A model generated the notes under the pieces. The model searched no databases, was not told where the DNA came from, and saw nothing but the letters and a program-made list of their open reading frames with translations. A stretch of DNA of 64,000 bases from Phallusia mammillata (lineage: Eukaryota), in contig OZ281499.1 of the NCBI GenBank assembly GCA_965637545.1, forward strand, positions 24,056,001 through 24,120,000, in the 5' to 3' direction. The translations under genes and the position numbers were made by a program. Numbering within the stretch: the first letter of the stretch is position 1; every line of letters begins with the position of its first letter. Positions 52,087 through 63,100 of this stretch are shown here, piece by piece.

Positions 52087-55000
52087 ATGAACGTTATCAA
52101 AGTCCTAAACTGTGCAAACATTTCTTGGCAGTTGGCACTTTGGCAGCAATGAAGAAATAAAGAAATCATTTTTTCAGTGATAAGTAAGAAATGTGTGGTT
52201 CTTAGGTTTTAGATTTGTATGCTCGAAGGGATGTGTGTGATTGCAAAATTGGTAAATTGAAGTCTAGTTTGTTCACTGGTGCACAAAACTTCAAAATGGA
52301 CATGGAATTTTCTGTAGAGGATATTGTTTTATACGCACTGGAACACAAAATGTTGGGTGCTGTCAAATGTAAGTGGAATTAGTAATTAATTCATAATTTT
52401 GAGTTTAAAACACTTGAACTTGTTATAATACGTGTATTCTCAAAAAGTCTGAAATCATTTAGCCCGCAGGCTGATCAGGCTTAGCATGAGCTATGATGGA
52501 AAGCAGTTTTGGACACTACCAAACCATATGCTTTTTTTGTTTTTCAGATTCCTTGACAAAACTACAGCATTGTTCCATAAACTTGTCTTCTTTGTGCCAA
52601 ACCTATTTGGTTATTTTGACGATGCCTCGACAAGTATTGGAAATGAGCAGTACAGCTCAGTTGATCAGTGGTGATCAGATTGTAGCTTACTCTCAAATAT
52701 TACGAGGCCTTAAATTCATCAGATCAAATTGGCAGAAAGCTGGTGGCTTCAAATACTATGCCTTCTGTTCAATTAAACTTCAAAAAGTGGTGTGTATAAG
52801 TTTCTTATTGTAAATCAACTCTAAAAACAAACATCTTTCATAGCACAATTTTTCTTTCATAGCATGTACCCACTGTAGAGAAACTAAATACCAAGCTGTT
52901 TTTACAGCACACTTTGTTAATTATAAAATTTTAGGGCAGCGATTCGGTATTTAACCGAATATAAAACTTGACTTCAATAAGAGCATTATGTATTTTAATG
53001 CTATGTTTTGCAGGTTATAATGCATCTCATTTGTTCAAATTCAGACAATGAGACTGTTAAGCAATATCTGGATAATGGTTTTAATCCAGAAGCTGCAAAT
53101 AAACTTGTTTCAGCAAGTAATGTAAGTATACATTTTGTTTTTTACAACACCAACATACTAGGCTAAGTTTTGTTTAAATGTTTTATTCTTTTGTTTTAGA
53201 ATGAGCGTCTAGTGTCAGTTTTAAAACGTGAAATAAGTTCATTCCGACAACTTTGTACAAAACTGCTGCATGATGATGCTGCAAAACTAAGTATAAAATA
53301 CATTTATCAGTTTTTTTTTAAATGGCAATTTTTTGTAATGTGTGCCTATTTGTGCAGAGTACATCCAAAGCCAATTATGGAATGATTTTAACGACAATTT
53401 TTGGAAGTCGCTTGAAGAGGATTTAAACATGTATATCAATTTTGTGAAATCATCTTTTCCTGAACTGAAACTTGAAAAGGTATAATGCTCTGCAATGATA
53501 TTGGTTTCAGTGACAAAAAATATTAATAAAATAAAGTATCTGTACTTAGATAATGAAATAAAGTATTATAAGATAACCTGCACCGATGGTGACAACAGTG
53601 ATTGTTGAAATGTCGGAAAGCTGTATTCTATATACACAAGTACTCTGTCAGTTATGTTTTTAATTGAAGTGCTAGTGATGCTTAAAAAATCATTTTAAAA
53701 CAAAATATGTTTTAGATTTTATGCCAAGACATAGGGAGTATAGATAATTCCCCAATTCAGATGCTAAAATCAAAACACAGTGAGGAGATTTTAATATCAG
53801 AAGAGGATCTGATCTATTTGCTTAATGCATCATTAGAAGAACTTGGTATGTCAGTAGGTTCAGTACTACACTAACCATTTTAATGTGTTCATTTCATAGA
53901 TAATACTTCCAGCAATAACTTATGTCAATATGAAAAGCAACATCACTGTTTTTGGAACTTTTAAATCAACGATTACTGTGTTTTCAGAATATATGCCAAA
54001 ACTTCCACAACAAAGCATTGACAAGGAAAAAGATGTGAAACCATTTTCAAACCCTTTTTGTGAGGAAAGAATAGAAGAAGATTTCACTGGACTAAACAAG
54101 AAAACAGATGGTTTAAAACAAGCCCACAGTACAATGTCATTTTACGGGTTTAAAATCAACAAAATAATCTGCAAACAAGAACTGACAGAGAATTTCAACA
54201 TTCCTCACAAGAATGCCAAGACTGAAGAAAAAACAGAAGAAACAACTAAAAAACGAAAACTTTTGTCATCTCCTAATAACTTTGAAAAACCAGCTAAAAA
54301 GAGCAAAACATTTTCCGTTTATGATGCGGCTGCCTTGGTGTTGAATTCTGATGAAGAAAGTGACTTTGAAACTCCAGATATCAGCATAGAAGAAGTGCTT
54401 GAAGCCAAAAACTCTTCAGTTCCAGTAGATATATGCACTGATTTACCCAACAGTCCTAAAACTAATCAAAACAGTCTGTGTAATGTAAAGTCTAGTGCGA
54501 AGAGAAATCAACATAGCATCCCAGACAATGTAGAGGTATTAACAAATGCTAACAAGTATAACTTAAGAAATAGTTCAAGAAAAACAGCAACTGCTACAAA
54601 AAAGCAAAAGGAACCTCTCGCAGAAAGAATGAATGAGGAAAATCGTCCAGTTTTAAGAAACAAACTTTGCAACTTACTAAAACTGGAACGACCAGTAACA
54701 AGGTCATGGCAGAAAAATACAAGACACTTAAAACCTTTGCTTGACGTGAATCAGATCTGCAGTTCACCGAAAGCAAATCGTCGACAGAGAGTTGCACTGA
54801 GTAAAGAGAGAAAACCACTGAGTCGAAGAAAACTGACATTCAAACATGAATCAAAAAATCAAATTACGGAAGTTAATGATGAAACTCTCTGTAAAGAAAA
54901 CTTGACTTCTTTATGTGCAGTTTTTACCAGCTGCAACGAAACTGAAGAGGTAAAAAAAATCAACTAAAAAACAATAAAGTAAATCAAAGCAAATTGTAAC

Positions 55001-56246
55001 TACTATGTATATTTAAAAGATATAAATATAGGCCCTTTACTGAAAGTAAAATTCAGTATTTTTATCTTCAAATATTATTTATCATTCTTTCTTTCTGATA
55101 ATCATCATCAAATTTGATAAATTCATATCCAGCTATCTCTATGCTAAGATGCCCAACCATATTTGCTTCAATTCTGAGTTAAATTTACAGAAAAATTTTC
55201 AATGATACATCAGAATTGCCATTAGGAATGTAACTTAGGAACCGCCTTTTAACATTATTTAATTCAGTGAAGAACAAAATTTGGATCTCATGCATAGCAT
55301 GTTGTTTTCAAGATTTTTTATTATTATTGCAGCTACAGGACAGCACTAATCTTGATGTATGTGAAGAACTGCAACAATTAAGTGAAGGCAAGTTTTTACA
55401 AAGTTGAAATTTTTCATTTTCTTTGTTAATATTCTAGTAACCCATTATTGATACTGTTTCGGTATTATGCCTTAAATGGGCCTGGCATACTGTAATTTTT
55501 ATATGAGTGCGCCATAGTGATGGGACGATACCAGGTTTTGAAGCGAGTACCGATGCCGAGTATGAGTACCACATGTATATACCTTCGATACCGAGTACTT
55601 AAGTGTAGTGTTGTAGTTAGTTGTATATCACTGGCTAATTTATCTGCCGTGGTCGGGGTACAGGCGTGCACACACACATGCCGAAAAATGTAATCACCAC
55701 ATGATAGCGAAAAAAATATACGTAACCTGGCGGAACCTTTTTCCCGATTTTGTGCTGTCCGAAGCAAATATATATAGGCCAAAAGTTGCCCGTATTTGTA
55801 TGGTGTAAATCGGCCTTCGGTACTCGCACGTTGGTATCGAAAACTGAGACAAATTTTTTCGATACCGATTACCGAGTACCCGTCCCATCACTAGTGTGCC
55901 ATGAACGCTTCAGGGCTGATCCCAGTTGTGAATTCATGTCCATTATCAATAGTATCGATTCGATAAAACATAAATGAGGCTCAGTTAAAAAAATACTTTT
56001 TTTGCCCACAGATGAATGTTTGAGAGAAAGTGACTGCGAAGATGACAACATAAGCATAAACCTCAATTTGGTAAGAATGACTTCGATTTTAAACTTTCAT
56101 ACATATTAATATAAATATAGAAATTAAGAATTATCAAATAATTGCAGGATGATCCTCAGCTTCCAGATTTTACGCTCCTGTCTTCACAACAAGCTTGTTA
56201 TGCCACCCAAGCATCAGACTTAGGAGTTAACTTGCAAGTTCCGTAA
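52087..56246 (+). CDS. Uncharacterised multi-exon protein: N-terminal helical region plus long basic/acidic disordered region; start uncertain
   Basis: Phase-compatible exons: 52213-52368, then exons starting near 52549, 53013, 53200, 53358, 53717 and 53988 (to 54949), 55333-55387 (GC donor), 56012-56070 and 56148-56246. No family recognised. First in-frame ATG after the TGA at 52150 is 52296. Confidence 0.7.
55515..55893. mobile_element. Non-autonomous hAT MITE (TAG-type TIR)
   Basis: TIRs TAGTGATGGGAC / GTCCCATCACTA; TSD GTGCGCCA / GTGTGCCA; internal GATACC/GAGTACC repeats. Confidence 0.88.
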
Positions 56247-56449
56247 TAATAAACAATGCCTCATCATGATACACAAATTTTGCTTTAAGTTTGCTTTCTT
56301 TATTTCGTTGCAATATTTGAGATGTTCAAGATGCTGTGATTGTGATATTCTAGAATATTTTTAAGTACCAGGATATGCGATCTAGTTCACCTTTGTGGTT
56401 CAACTCATTACAGTCATACAAACTTGTAAAAAAACTATTTTATTTCCTT

Positions 56450-57376
56450 TCAGTGTTGTTTAGTGTGTTGCGATTTCGTTGATGAATAAACAGTGACAGC
56501 TAAAAGAAACAATGCACCAACTACAGTGGAGGCAATTGTCAGGAAAGTCACAAAGTTCTTTTCACTTAAGGAACCAACTGGCCATTTGAATACCAAGTCA
56601 TTTCCTGTCTTAAGCGACAAATTCATCCAAGGACACAAAGTTCTTGTCAAATGGGGACAAGGAGCCATTATGATGTTATATTCCGCATATATTTGACAGG
56701 CATCCTCTTTTTCTAAGCTGTCGTCTTTTTGTAATGTTGGTGTGCAAAACAGGTACACATCTGGTTTAGGAATAGTCACATTGACAAACAGTGACTCATT
56801 TGAAGGTGCATGATACCTTGTGTGCCATTTTATCTTGGTACTTGCCTTTTGATTTTCATTTAAGGCTGAAAACACAAGAATTGTATGATTTTGAGACTCA
56901 TAAGATGGTTTTTCAATGTCAATATAGTTTGTGTAGTAGACATAAAAGTCCGTAGAAGTTCTGGCAATTTCGTAAATGTCCAGGAAAAATGAGGTGCTTA
57001 CTTGTTCTACAAACATAGTGTAACATTGGAAATCACTGAAATTCGAACCAGTAATTTGCAAGTTTGTCAACACTTCATGGTGCATTCCTTGGCCTTCATA
57101 TGTTCTTGTCATTTCCCAGGCACTGTTCTGCTTCGAAAGGCTCTGTGTTAGCTGTAGTGCTTCATTAGTAGTGATCTCTATATCCCAAGGAATTTTTCTC
57201 TTCGGAAAATAGTCAGGAGTGTCAAATTTAATTTCTTTGTCAATTGCTCCAAGAATAAACTGAGGAAACCCACTCAATGGTGGCAAACTCGAACATGATG
57301 AGCTTGCATATTCAAGAGCATATATTATTTGAACAAAAACTGACAACAATATGCAGCCATAATTTGAGCTGACCAT
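56450..57376 (-). CDS. PIGX: GPI mannosyltransferase I subunit PIG-X (PBN1 family), single coding exon, 308 aa
   Basis: N-terminal signal; motifs GQGMHH, FFLDIYEI, IDIEKPS, WHTRYHAP and WPVG; C-terminal TM helix, all typical of PIG-X. Confidence 0.85.
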   Translation of the reverse strand: MVSSNYGCILLSVFVQIIYALEYASSSCSSLPPLSGFPQFILGAIDKEIKFDTPDYFPKRKIPWDIEITTNEALQLTQSLSKQNSAWEMTRTYEGQGMHHEVLTNLQITGSNFSDFQCYTMFVEQVSTSFFLDIYEIARTSTDFYVYYTNYIDIEKPSYESQNHTILVFSALNENQKASTKIKWHTRYHAPSNESLFVNVTIPKPDVYLFCTPTLQKDDSLEKEDACQIYAEYNIIMAPCPHLTRTLCPWMNLSLKTGNDLVFKWPVGSLSEKNFVTFLTIASTVVGALFLLAVTVYSSTKSQHTKQH

Positions 57377-57407
57377 CTAAAAATAAATAAAATTTAAAGC
57401 ATTTATT
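57377..57407 (-). promoter_or_regulatory. Poly(A) signal abutting a splice acceptor (operon-type intercistronic junction)
   Basis: Minus strand: AATAAA(57407-57402)tgctttaaattttatttatttttAG|ATG of PIGX. Confidence 0.65.
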
Positions 57408-57655
57408 GGCACAGTATATTATTTATGGTGCAAACTGAAGTCGTATATTTTGCATGACACAAATTAAGACATCAAATCAAAAAAATGACAAAGCAATTTT
57501 AAGAGGTAAAACAATACAAGGGCAATGTTGATACAATCTGTACCTATTTGTTGCAGTTAAAAGGGCAAACAATCATAACAAAGAAATGGTTATTTTGATT
57601 GACACCAACACAGCATAGCTTTATACTGAACCTTCTACACAAAGTAGAACTTTAA

Positions 57656-58468
57656 CTAGTCATTTGCAATTCGCAATAAAACACCAGTAGTCGATTCCCG
57701 ACAAGTTAGTAGATCGGCTCCAACAAGGTCATGTATATGATACTCTACTCCAAGTTTTACGCTAGCTGGAGCTTTTCTTGATTTCAATTCAGTACAACTA
57801 AGTTCTTTATATTTCGTTCGTCGTATAACCTGCACCAGACCTTGTCGACCTTTTCGCAAATGCTTCAAAAATTGTCCAACATTTGGGATAGAAAGCCACC
57901 AGGAGCCTGCGTTTTTTACAGTCAATACTCCAAATTTTACCAGTTCTGTTATATCCGAGTCTTTGAAATTGTTCTCGGTAATTAAACAGTTTTTATCAAT
58001 GCTCACACTGTGCGTATTATGCACTATTTCTGACAAAAACTTTGTCATGCATTTTGGCATTGCTGGAAGTTTTATGTCATCATTGTTTGCATCCGACTTG
58101 CTTGAAGCGAATTTGGTTTGGACATATTCAATGTAATCCGTTGTAAACATCACACAGTACTGGTCTTGTCCAAGGCTTGTTTTGAAGAGCTTAATGTCTC
58201 CGCTTTCACGCAGTTTGCTGATACCTTGGTCAACTTCAGTTCTGCTTGCCATAACACTGTAAAGCTGATGCTTCATAACAACTTTTGGCAGCCTTTCATG
58301 TTGGAAATAGCTTGAACACAGACCACATATATAAACAAGAGCGGATCGTACAGAACCATCAATAATGTTTTTTGGTACCATTCCATTACTTTGCCATGGA
58401 ATATACACTGTAGCCTTTGTCTTTTTACCACCTGCGATAGACCCATATGCATTGACACGTTTACCCAT
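57656..58468 (-). CDS. STK19: STK19 (winged-helix repair factor; inactive kinase), single coding exon, 270 aa
   Basis: LPKVVMKHQLYS, GVLTVKNAGSWWLSIPNVGQFLK, GRQGLVQVIRRTKYKEL and KLGVEYHIHDLVGADLLTCRESTTGVLLR match STK19. ATG at 58468 follows an acceptor at 58487-58486. Confidence 0.92.
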   Translation of the reverse strand: MGKRVNAYGSIAGGKKTKATVYIPWQSNGMVPKNIIDGSVRSALVYICGLCSSYFQHERLPKVVMKHQLYSVMASRTEVDQGISKLRESGDIKLFKTSLGQDQYCVMFTTDYIEYVQTKFASSKSDANNDDIKLPAMPKCMTKFLSEIVHNTHSVSIDKNCLITENNFKDSDITELVKFGVLTVKNAGSWWLSIPNVGQFLKHLRKGRQGLVQVIRRTKYKELSCTELKSRKAPASVKLGVEYHIHDLVGADLLTCRESTTGVLLRIAND

Positions 58469-58677
58469 ATTGTTTAACTTAATTCCTGTCAAAAAAGAAA
58501 TAAAGTCAAACAAGTTAGATTTGTGTTGGGTTGTAACGACAAAATCTTCACAAAATTGAATGTTACATAAAATGAATCATCTGCTTTTTTAAAAGAAAAA
58601 AAATACAGAAAAGCAATTTTTATTACAATGACAGTTATGCCTCATCAGTACATTTGTCACATTATTAGCGTTTACAT

Positions 58678-58747
58678 TAGGGTTACCATATATGCGTAAG
58701 CAAAATTGCGGACAAGTCCTGGAAATTCCGGACGTCTGGTAACCCTA
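58678..58747. mobile_element. 70-bp minimal hAT MITE
   Basis: Perfect 11-bp TIRs TAGGGTTACCA / TGGTAACCCTA; perfect TSD GTTTACAT (58670-58677 / 58748-58755). Confidence 0.92.
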
Positions 58748-58958
58748 GTTTACATCCACAGATTTTACTGATGGATATACCAAGTTCATAGAAAAAATCT
58801 AACCTAAATCAAAACAAGCATGGTTGCAATAGATAGTCATTATATCACATATAGTACATTTTTGGCAACTGTGCAAGCATCAATGAATGTCCAGTGACAT
58901 TCTGTATACAACAATACAATTTTTACTGCAAAATTTTTACCAACTGTATATTCAAGGT

Positions 58959-59194
58959 CCAGTCTGCAGAGTACGGCAGCTGCACGCGCGATTTAGTTTT
59001 GTAAAAAAAAATTTTGCACGCCGAATTTTCGGCGTTGCATGCGGAAATTTCGCATCAAAGGCATTAATTGTCCTATCTTAAACTCTATCGCTTGCTTTGC
59101 GCCTGTTGAAATTGGTCTTGCACGCGCGCACGCGGGACATATAGGTCCTGCACGCGCGAGATCTCGTCGGGAACTGCCATGTTCTGCAGACTGG
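58959..59194. mobile_element. MITE with 8-bp TSD (hAT/P-like)
   Basis: TIRs CCAGTCTGCAGAGTACGGCAG / CTGCCATGTTCTGCAGACTGG; perfect TSD TTCAAGGT (58951-58958 / 59195-59202); internal TGCACGCGCG repeats. Confidence 0.88.
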
Positions 59195-59471
59195 TTCAAG
59201 GTGTAGCGTTTTACCATACATTTCCAATTATCAGGATATCTTGCACAAAAACCAACAGTCAATGGTAAAAAGGGTTAGCTTTGTACCACATAATTTGTAA
59301 TGTTGATATTTACATACTTATTGCTTGGATTTACAATGGTATTGCAGTACACCAAAAAATATAAACAAATGTCCCCTTTCTGGAAGAATTTAAACTTAAG
59401 TGAAAACAAAAAACATTCTCGTTTCCAGAAATCTCTATTTTTACTAGATCTTCCAATTCCACGCCGATTTT

Positions 59472-59744
59472 CTAGCTGTTTGTAGATTCGACAGTTTGTT
59501 GTGCTTTTGCCCAATCTTGTAACGCTTTCTGAAATCTTCTAACATGCAAAGGTTTTGTTATCATCCCCACTAATGTCATAATCTCAAGAAATTCGTCGTC
59601 GTCAGCTTCGCACAGTTGTCGTAAATCGTCACCTCCCATCGCCACGAAATTGTCGAAATAAGAAATCAAATTGGCTTCAAGTAAAACCTTGTACAGCTGT
59701 TCTTCGTCTGCAGAAGGTGTCCCTTGTTTTAAAGAAGTTTCCAT
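59472..59744 (-). CDS. NAB: NGFI-A-binding (NAB) protein, NCD1 domain only, 90 aa
   Basis: [60 protein letters not shown] is the NAB NCD1 signature; TAG follows about 14 codons later. Confidence 0.85.
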   Translation of the reverse strand: METSLKQGTPSADEEQLYKVLLEANLISYFDNFVAMGGDDLRQLCEADDDEFLEIMTLVGMITKPLHVRRFQKALQDWAKAQQTVESTNS

Positions 59745-60187
59745 GTTGAAAAACGTTTATTTATTTTTGATCAAAAACGTCTTGTTTTAGCTTGTGTGGT
59801 AAATCCCCTTTTAACCATTTCGTGGATACGTAAATGTATTTCAATCAAATTGGCGACGTTATTTCACCCGAATTTTTAATTATTTTAAGAGATAGGTGGA
59901 TTTCTAGGGTTAGCATTTTGTAATTTGACTATAAAATACCCAAAAGAAACACCCCAAAGAAAACAACTTTCCCGACAACCAGACAGGACGTTTGTTTGTC
60001 ACGATTTCCGTTTGAAATGTTGGGACTCAACCACGACATTTTACTTTTAGATCACGACAGCTCGATGTTGTTAAAGGTTCCAGTCGGCAGGTGGCTTTAT
60101 CGAATGTCAATTTCTGCATGTAACACCTACTAATTATATCAACAGTAATGCTAGATTCTAAGCTAGGTAAGCTATAGAAATAGGAGA

Positions 60188-63100
60188 ATGCAGGTTGATT
60201 GGCACACTTTTGGATTAAGTTTAGTGCCTTTGGTAGGACTGGCTCAGTTCTATGTGAAACGCTACTTTCGAAGATTCAATGAGGAAGTCGATTTGACTGT
60301 ACAGACAGTGTTAATCACAAATGCTGAAACACGTAAGTTATTTTTACCTGCATGCCAGCAAAATCACCTTGAAGTTGCATAAACGTATATATTTCATTAT
60401 TTTACTGATGATTACAATAGAGTTGCCGAAAAATATGTCTATGTTTTTTACGCAACTTTAATAGCAGTTTATTCCTCCCACTAGCGTTTTTCAACTGCCT
60501 TTTATGTTTTGAATAACGTTTGGAGTAGAAAAATCCATTTAATAACGTTTTAGAATTTAGTAGGTTTTTTTATGTTTGATCTACGAACGAAGGTAGTTAA
60601 CTTTATTAGGCCAATAGCACACAACTATGAACTGTGAAGTGGTCTAAAACACAAAACGCACAGCTGCGAAAACATAACTGAGTGTTTTCAAAGAACAGCG
60701 GCCCTCAGACCTGTTTTACAAGTCATCGCAAACAGAAATGGCTTTTGTTTGTAGAATTTTTCTACTACAGAGATAAAGATTTGCAAAAGAACCCCAATAT
60801 TGCTAGAAACAGAGGATTGTATCAATTGTACCCAGTAAAATTGTACTGGACTCCAGCAATAAGTTGGTAAAACAAATAAGTTGTATTGCATGATGTCATA
60901 TTAAACGATTACAAAAGATGTACGGGTTGTAAAGCCGAGTTAAATATGCAACCTTGGTCCAGAAAAGCCTCAAAATAAAAATAAAACTCGAATTAAAATC
61001 ATGTTTAATTTGTTGCAGAGCTTGGAAGGGCCTTGGGTTTGGAATTTGCAAAACGAAATGCCCGAGTGATTTTGGCCTGTCGGAGCATGATAGAAGGCGG
61101 ATTGGCAAGGTTGGACATCGTGGCGAATTCGGGGCGAAGTGACCGAAATGTTCTTGCACGAATACTCGATATGCGATCGCTAGATGGCGTGCGAGATTTC
61201 GCCGATCTGGTACTTACCCACGAGGAAAGGCAAGTACAGTAATTTAGGCAAACTGGTTTTGCGGGATCACAGATAAATATTACTATAAATACGAACCATG
61301 TATTAGGAACACAGTGTTAAAAATTAAAGAAAGCAAAAACGGGTCCTTTACACAATGGAACATAGTTTTGTACACTTTTTAAAGTTAAAATTAGGTTACA
61401 ACAATATTAATAAGGTTTTGTCGGCCGGTTCTATCACAAAAAGCCTAGTTTTCAGCCGGTTCTGTTACCATAAGTCCATTGACAGTAACCAGTAATGCTA
61501 ACGAGTTCGCTGATTTCATAAAATTTCGTGAGACGGTTCTATAGAACCGGTGCGAACCGGCTGAATCCCACTGGACATAGGCCGCATTGGATAGTGTAGC
61601 CATCCAGCGGCACTCTAGCTTGTTGGGAGCAACAGACTAAAAAGCCGTGTCTCACATATTCTGTTCGATGTCACAACTGGGGATTAAACCAAGGAGGAAA
61701 CTGGTTCACACTGGCCAAGCAATTTCGTTTCAGCCTGCTTGTAGTCTTTCGCGAGAAACAAAACTATAAAGTTTACAAAATTTTACAGACTTGATATTCT
61801 CGTCAACATTCCTGCCCACATTGGCTTTCCATCACCTCAACCTGCAAACGACACAACCAAGTTTTACAACGAAAACTACCTCGGACCTTTTCTCCTTACA
61901 ACCCTTCTGTTAGGTGAGATCAATACAAAACTGTAAATCGGCGGATTTGGGCTTTAGTTCAACTCTGCACATTTTCTTTGCAATGTAATTGTCTTTTACA
62001 ATATTTGTTGCATACAATCGCAAACTTCGATAAATTGGTCTATATAGCAAGCGTTATGTTCGAGTTTACAGCGAAATTTAAATGGGTTTTAATCAGAACA
62101 AATCGGATATAGGGCTTATAATGGGTACAAACACATATTGCTCTTCCAGCAGTTTTTATTGTAAATAATCGACGTTTCGGCGTCCCATACGAGACGTCTT
62201 CATCAGGGCAATGGCATATCTTGCAAGGCAAATTAGAGCAATTCTCGTTACAACATTAGCCTGGCAGCAATAGCTTATATATTTCTATAGGGTACGCTTA
62301 ATTATAACACATTTTATATGTTCAAAAAGTCTGTTTTACATGTAAGGTTTTTAATTAAAAAACAATGTCCTACACTCTTAGACCTTTTGAAAAAATCCGG
62401 AGCACAGCCTTGCATCGTGCATGTTGGTTCTTTCCTGCGTAAAACCGACTCTGTGGACCTGGATTATTTGAAGTCAGGCGAAGAGATTTCCTTCGATAAA
62501 ATCATGCAAACTAAACCCATGTTGGGCCAGTCACGTGTTCGTCTCCATAGCAACGTTCGCACAATGAGAGCCATGTTTACGTCAGAGCTCGCGAGAAGGT
62601 GCTTATGACGTAATAATTTAATCATACAAAATCAGTGTTACAATAATATTTTTTTTGCTTAGGGTGAGTGAGTTAGGAATTACAGTATGCTGTACGAACC
62701 CAGGAAAGGTAAAAGACTTGCTTCGTAAATATATTGTCTCATGCTTTTGGTTTAAAATTTAGTAAGTAGTATAACAGTAGTATCGGTTTATTCTATAGTT
62801 GTACACAAGCCCTTTACAATTAGCGGCGAAACAAATATGTAGTGGTAAAACGGAACAACAGCTAGCTTGGTAAGACATGGCATATCAAAATGCGATCAAA
62901 AAGCCCGTAAGTAACACAAAAACGGACCACTAATTTTTCCGTAACCTTTTCAGCAACTAGCTTGGTATATGACAGGCCTGAAACTTGTGCTAGCGTTAAA
63001 CGTACGAAAAAACTCACAATTTGTTGACATCCAGTTTTGTACATTGCAGGATCCTGACGAAGGCACTCAAATATTGCTCCACTGCGCCCTTTCGCGGACT

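Noticed and set aside
51952-52368. Faint resemblance of the orphan N-terminus (KEKKNSYLF, YALEH) to TEX15
   Set aside because: Only a few residues, partly in a different frame; not supportable without a profile search.
53930-54967. 345-aa ORF as a stand-alone gene
   Set aside because: It is one internal exon (about 53988-54949) of the + orphan gene, with flanking acceptor and donor.
58993-59262. 89-aa minus-strand ORF as NAB continuation (NCD2)
   Set aside because: It lies over a MITE and has no NCD2 similarity.
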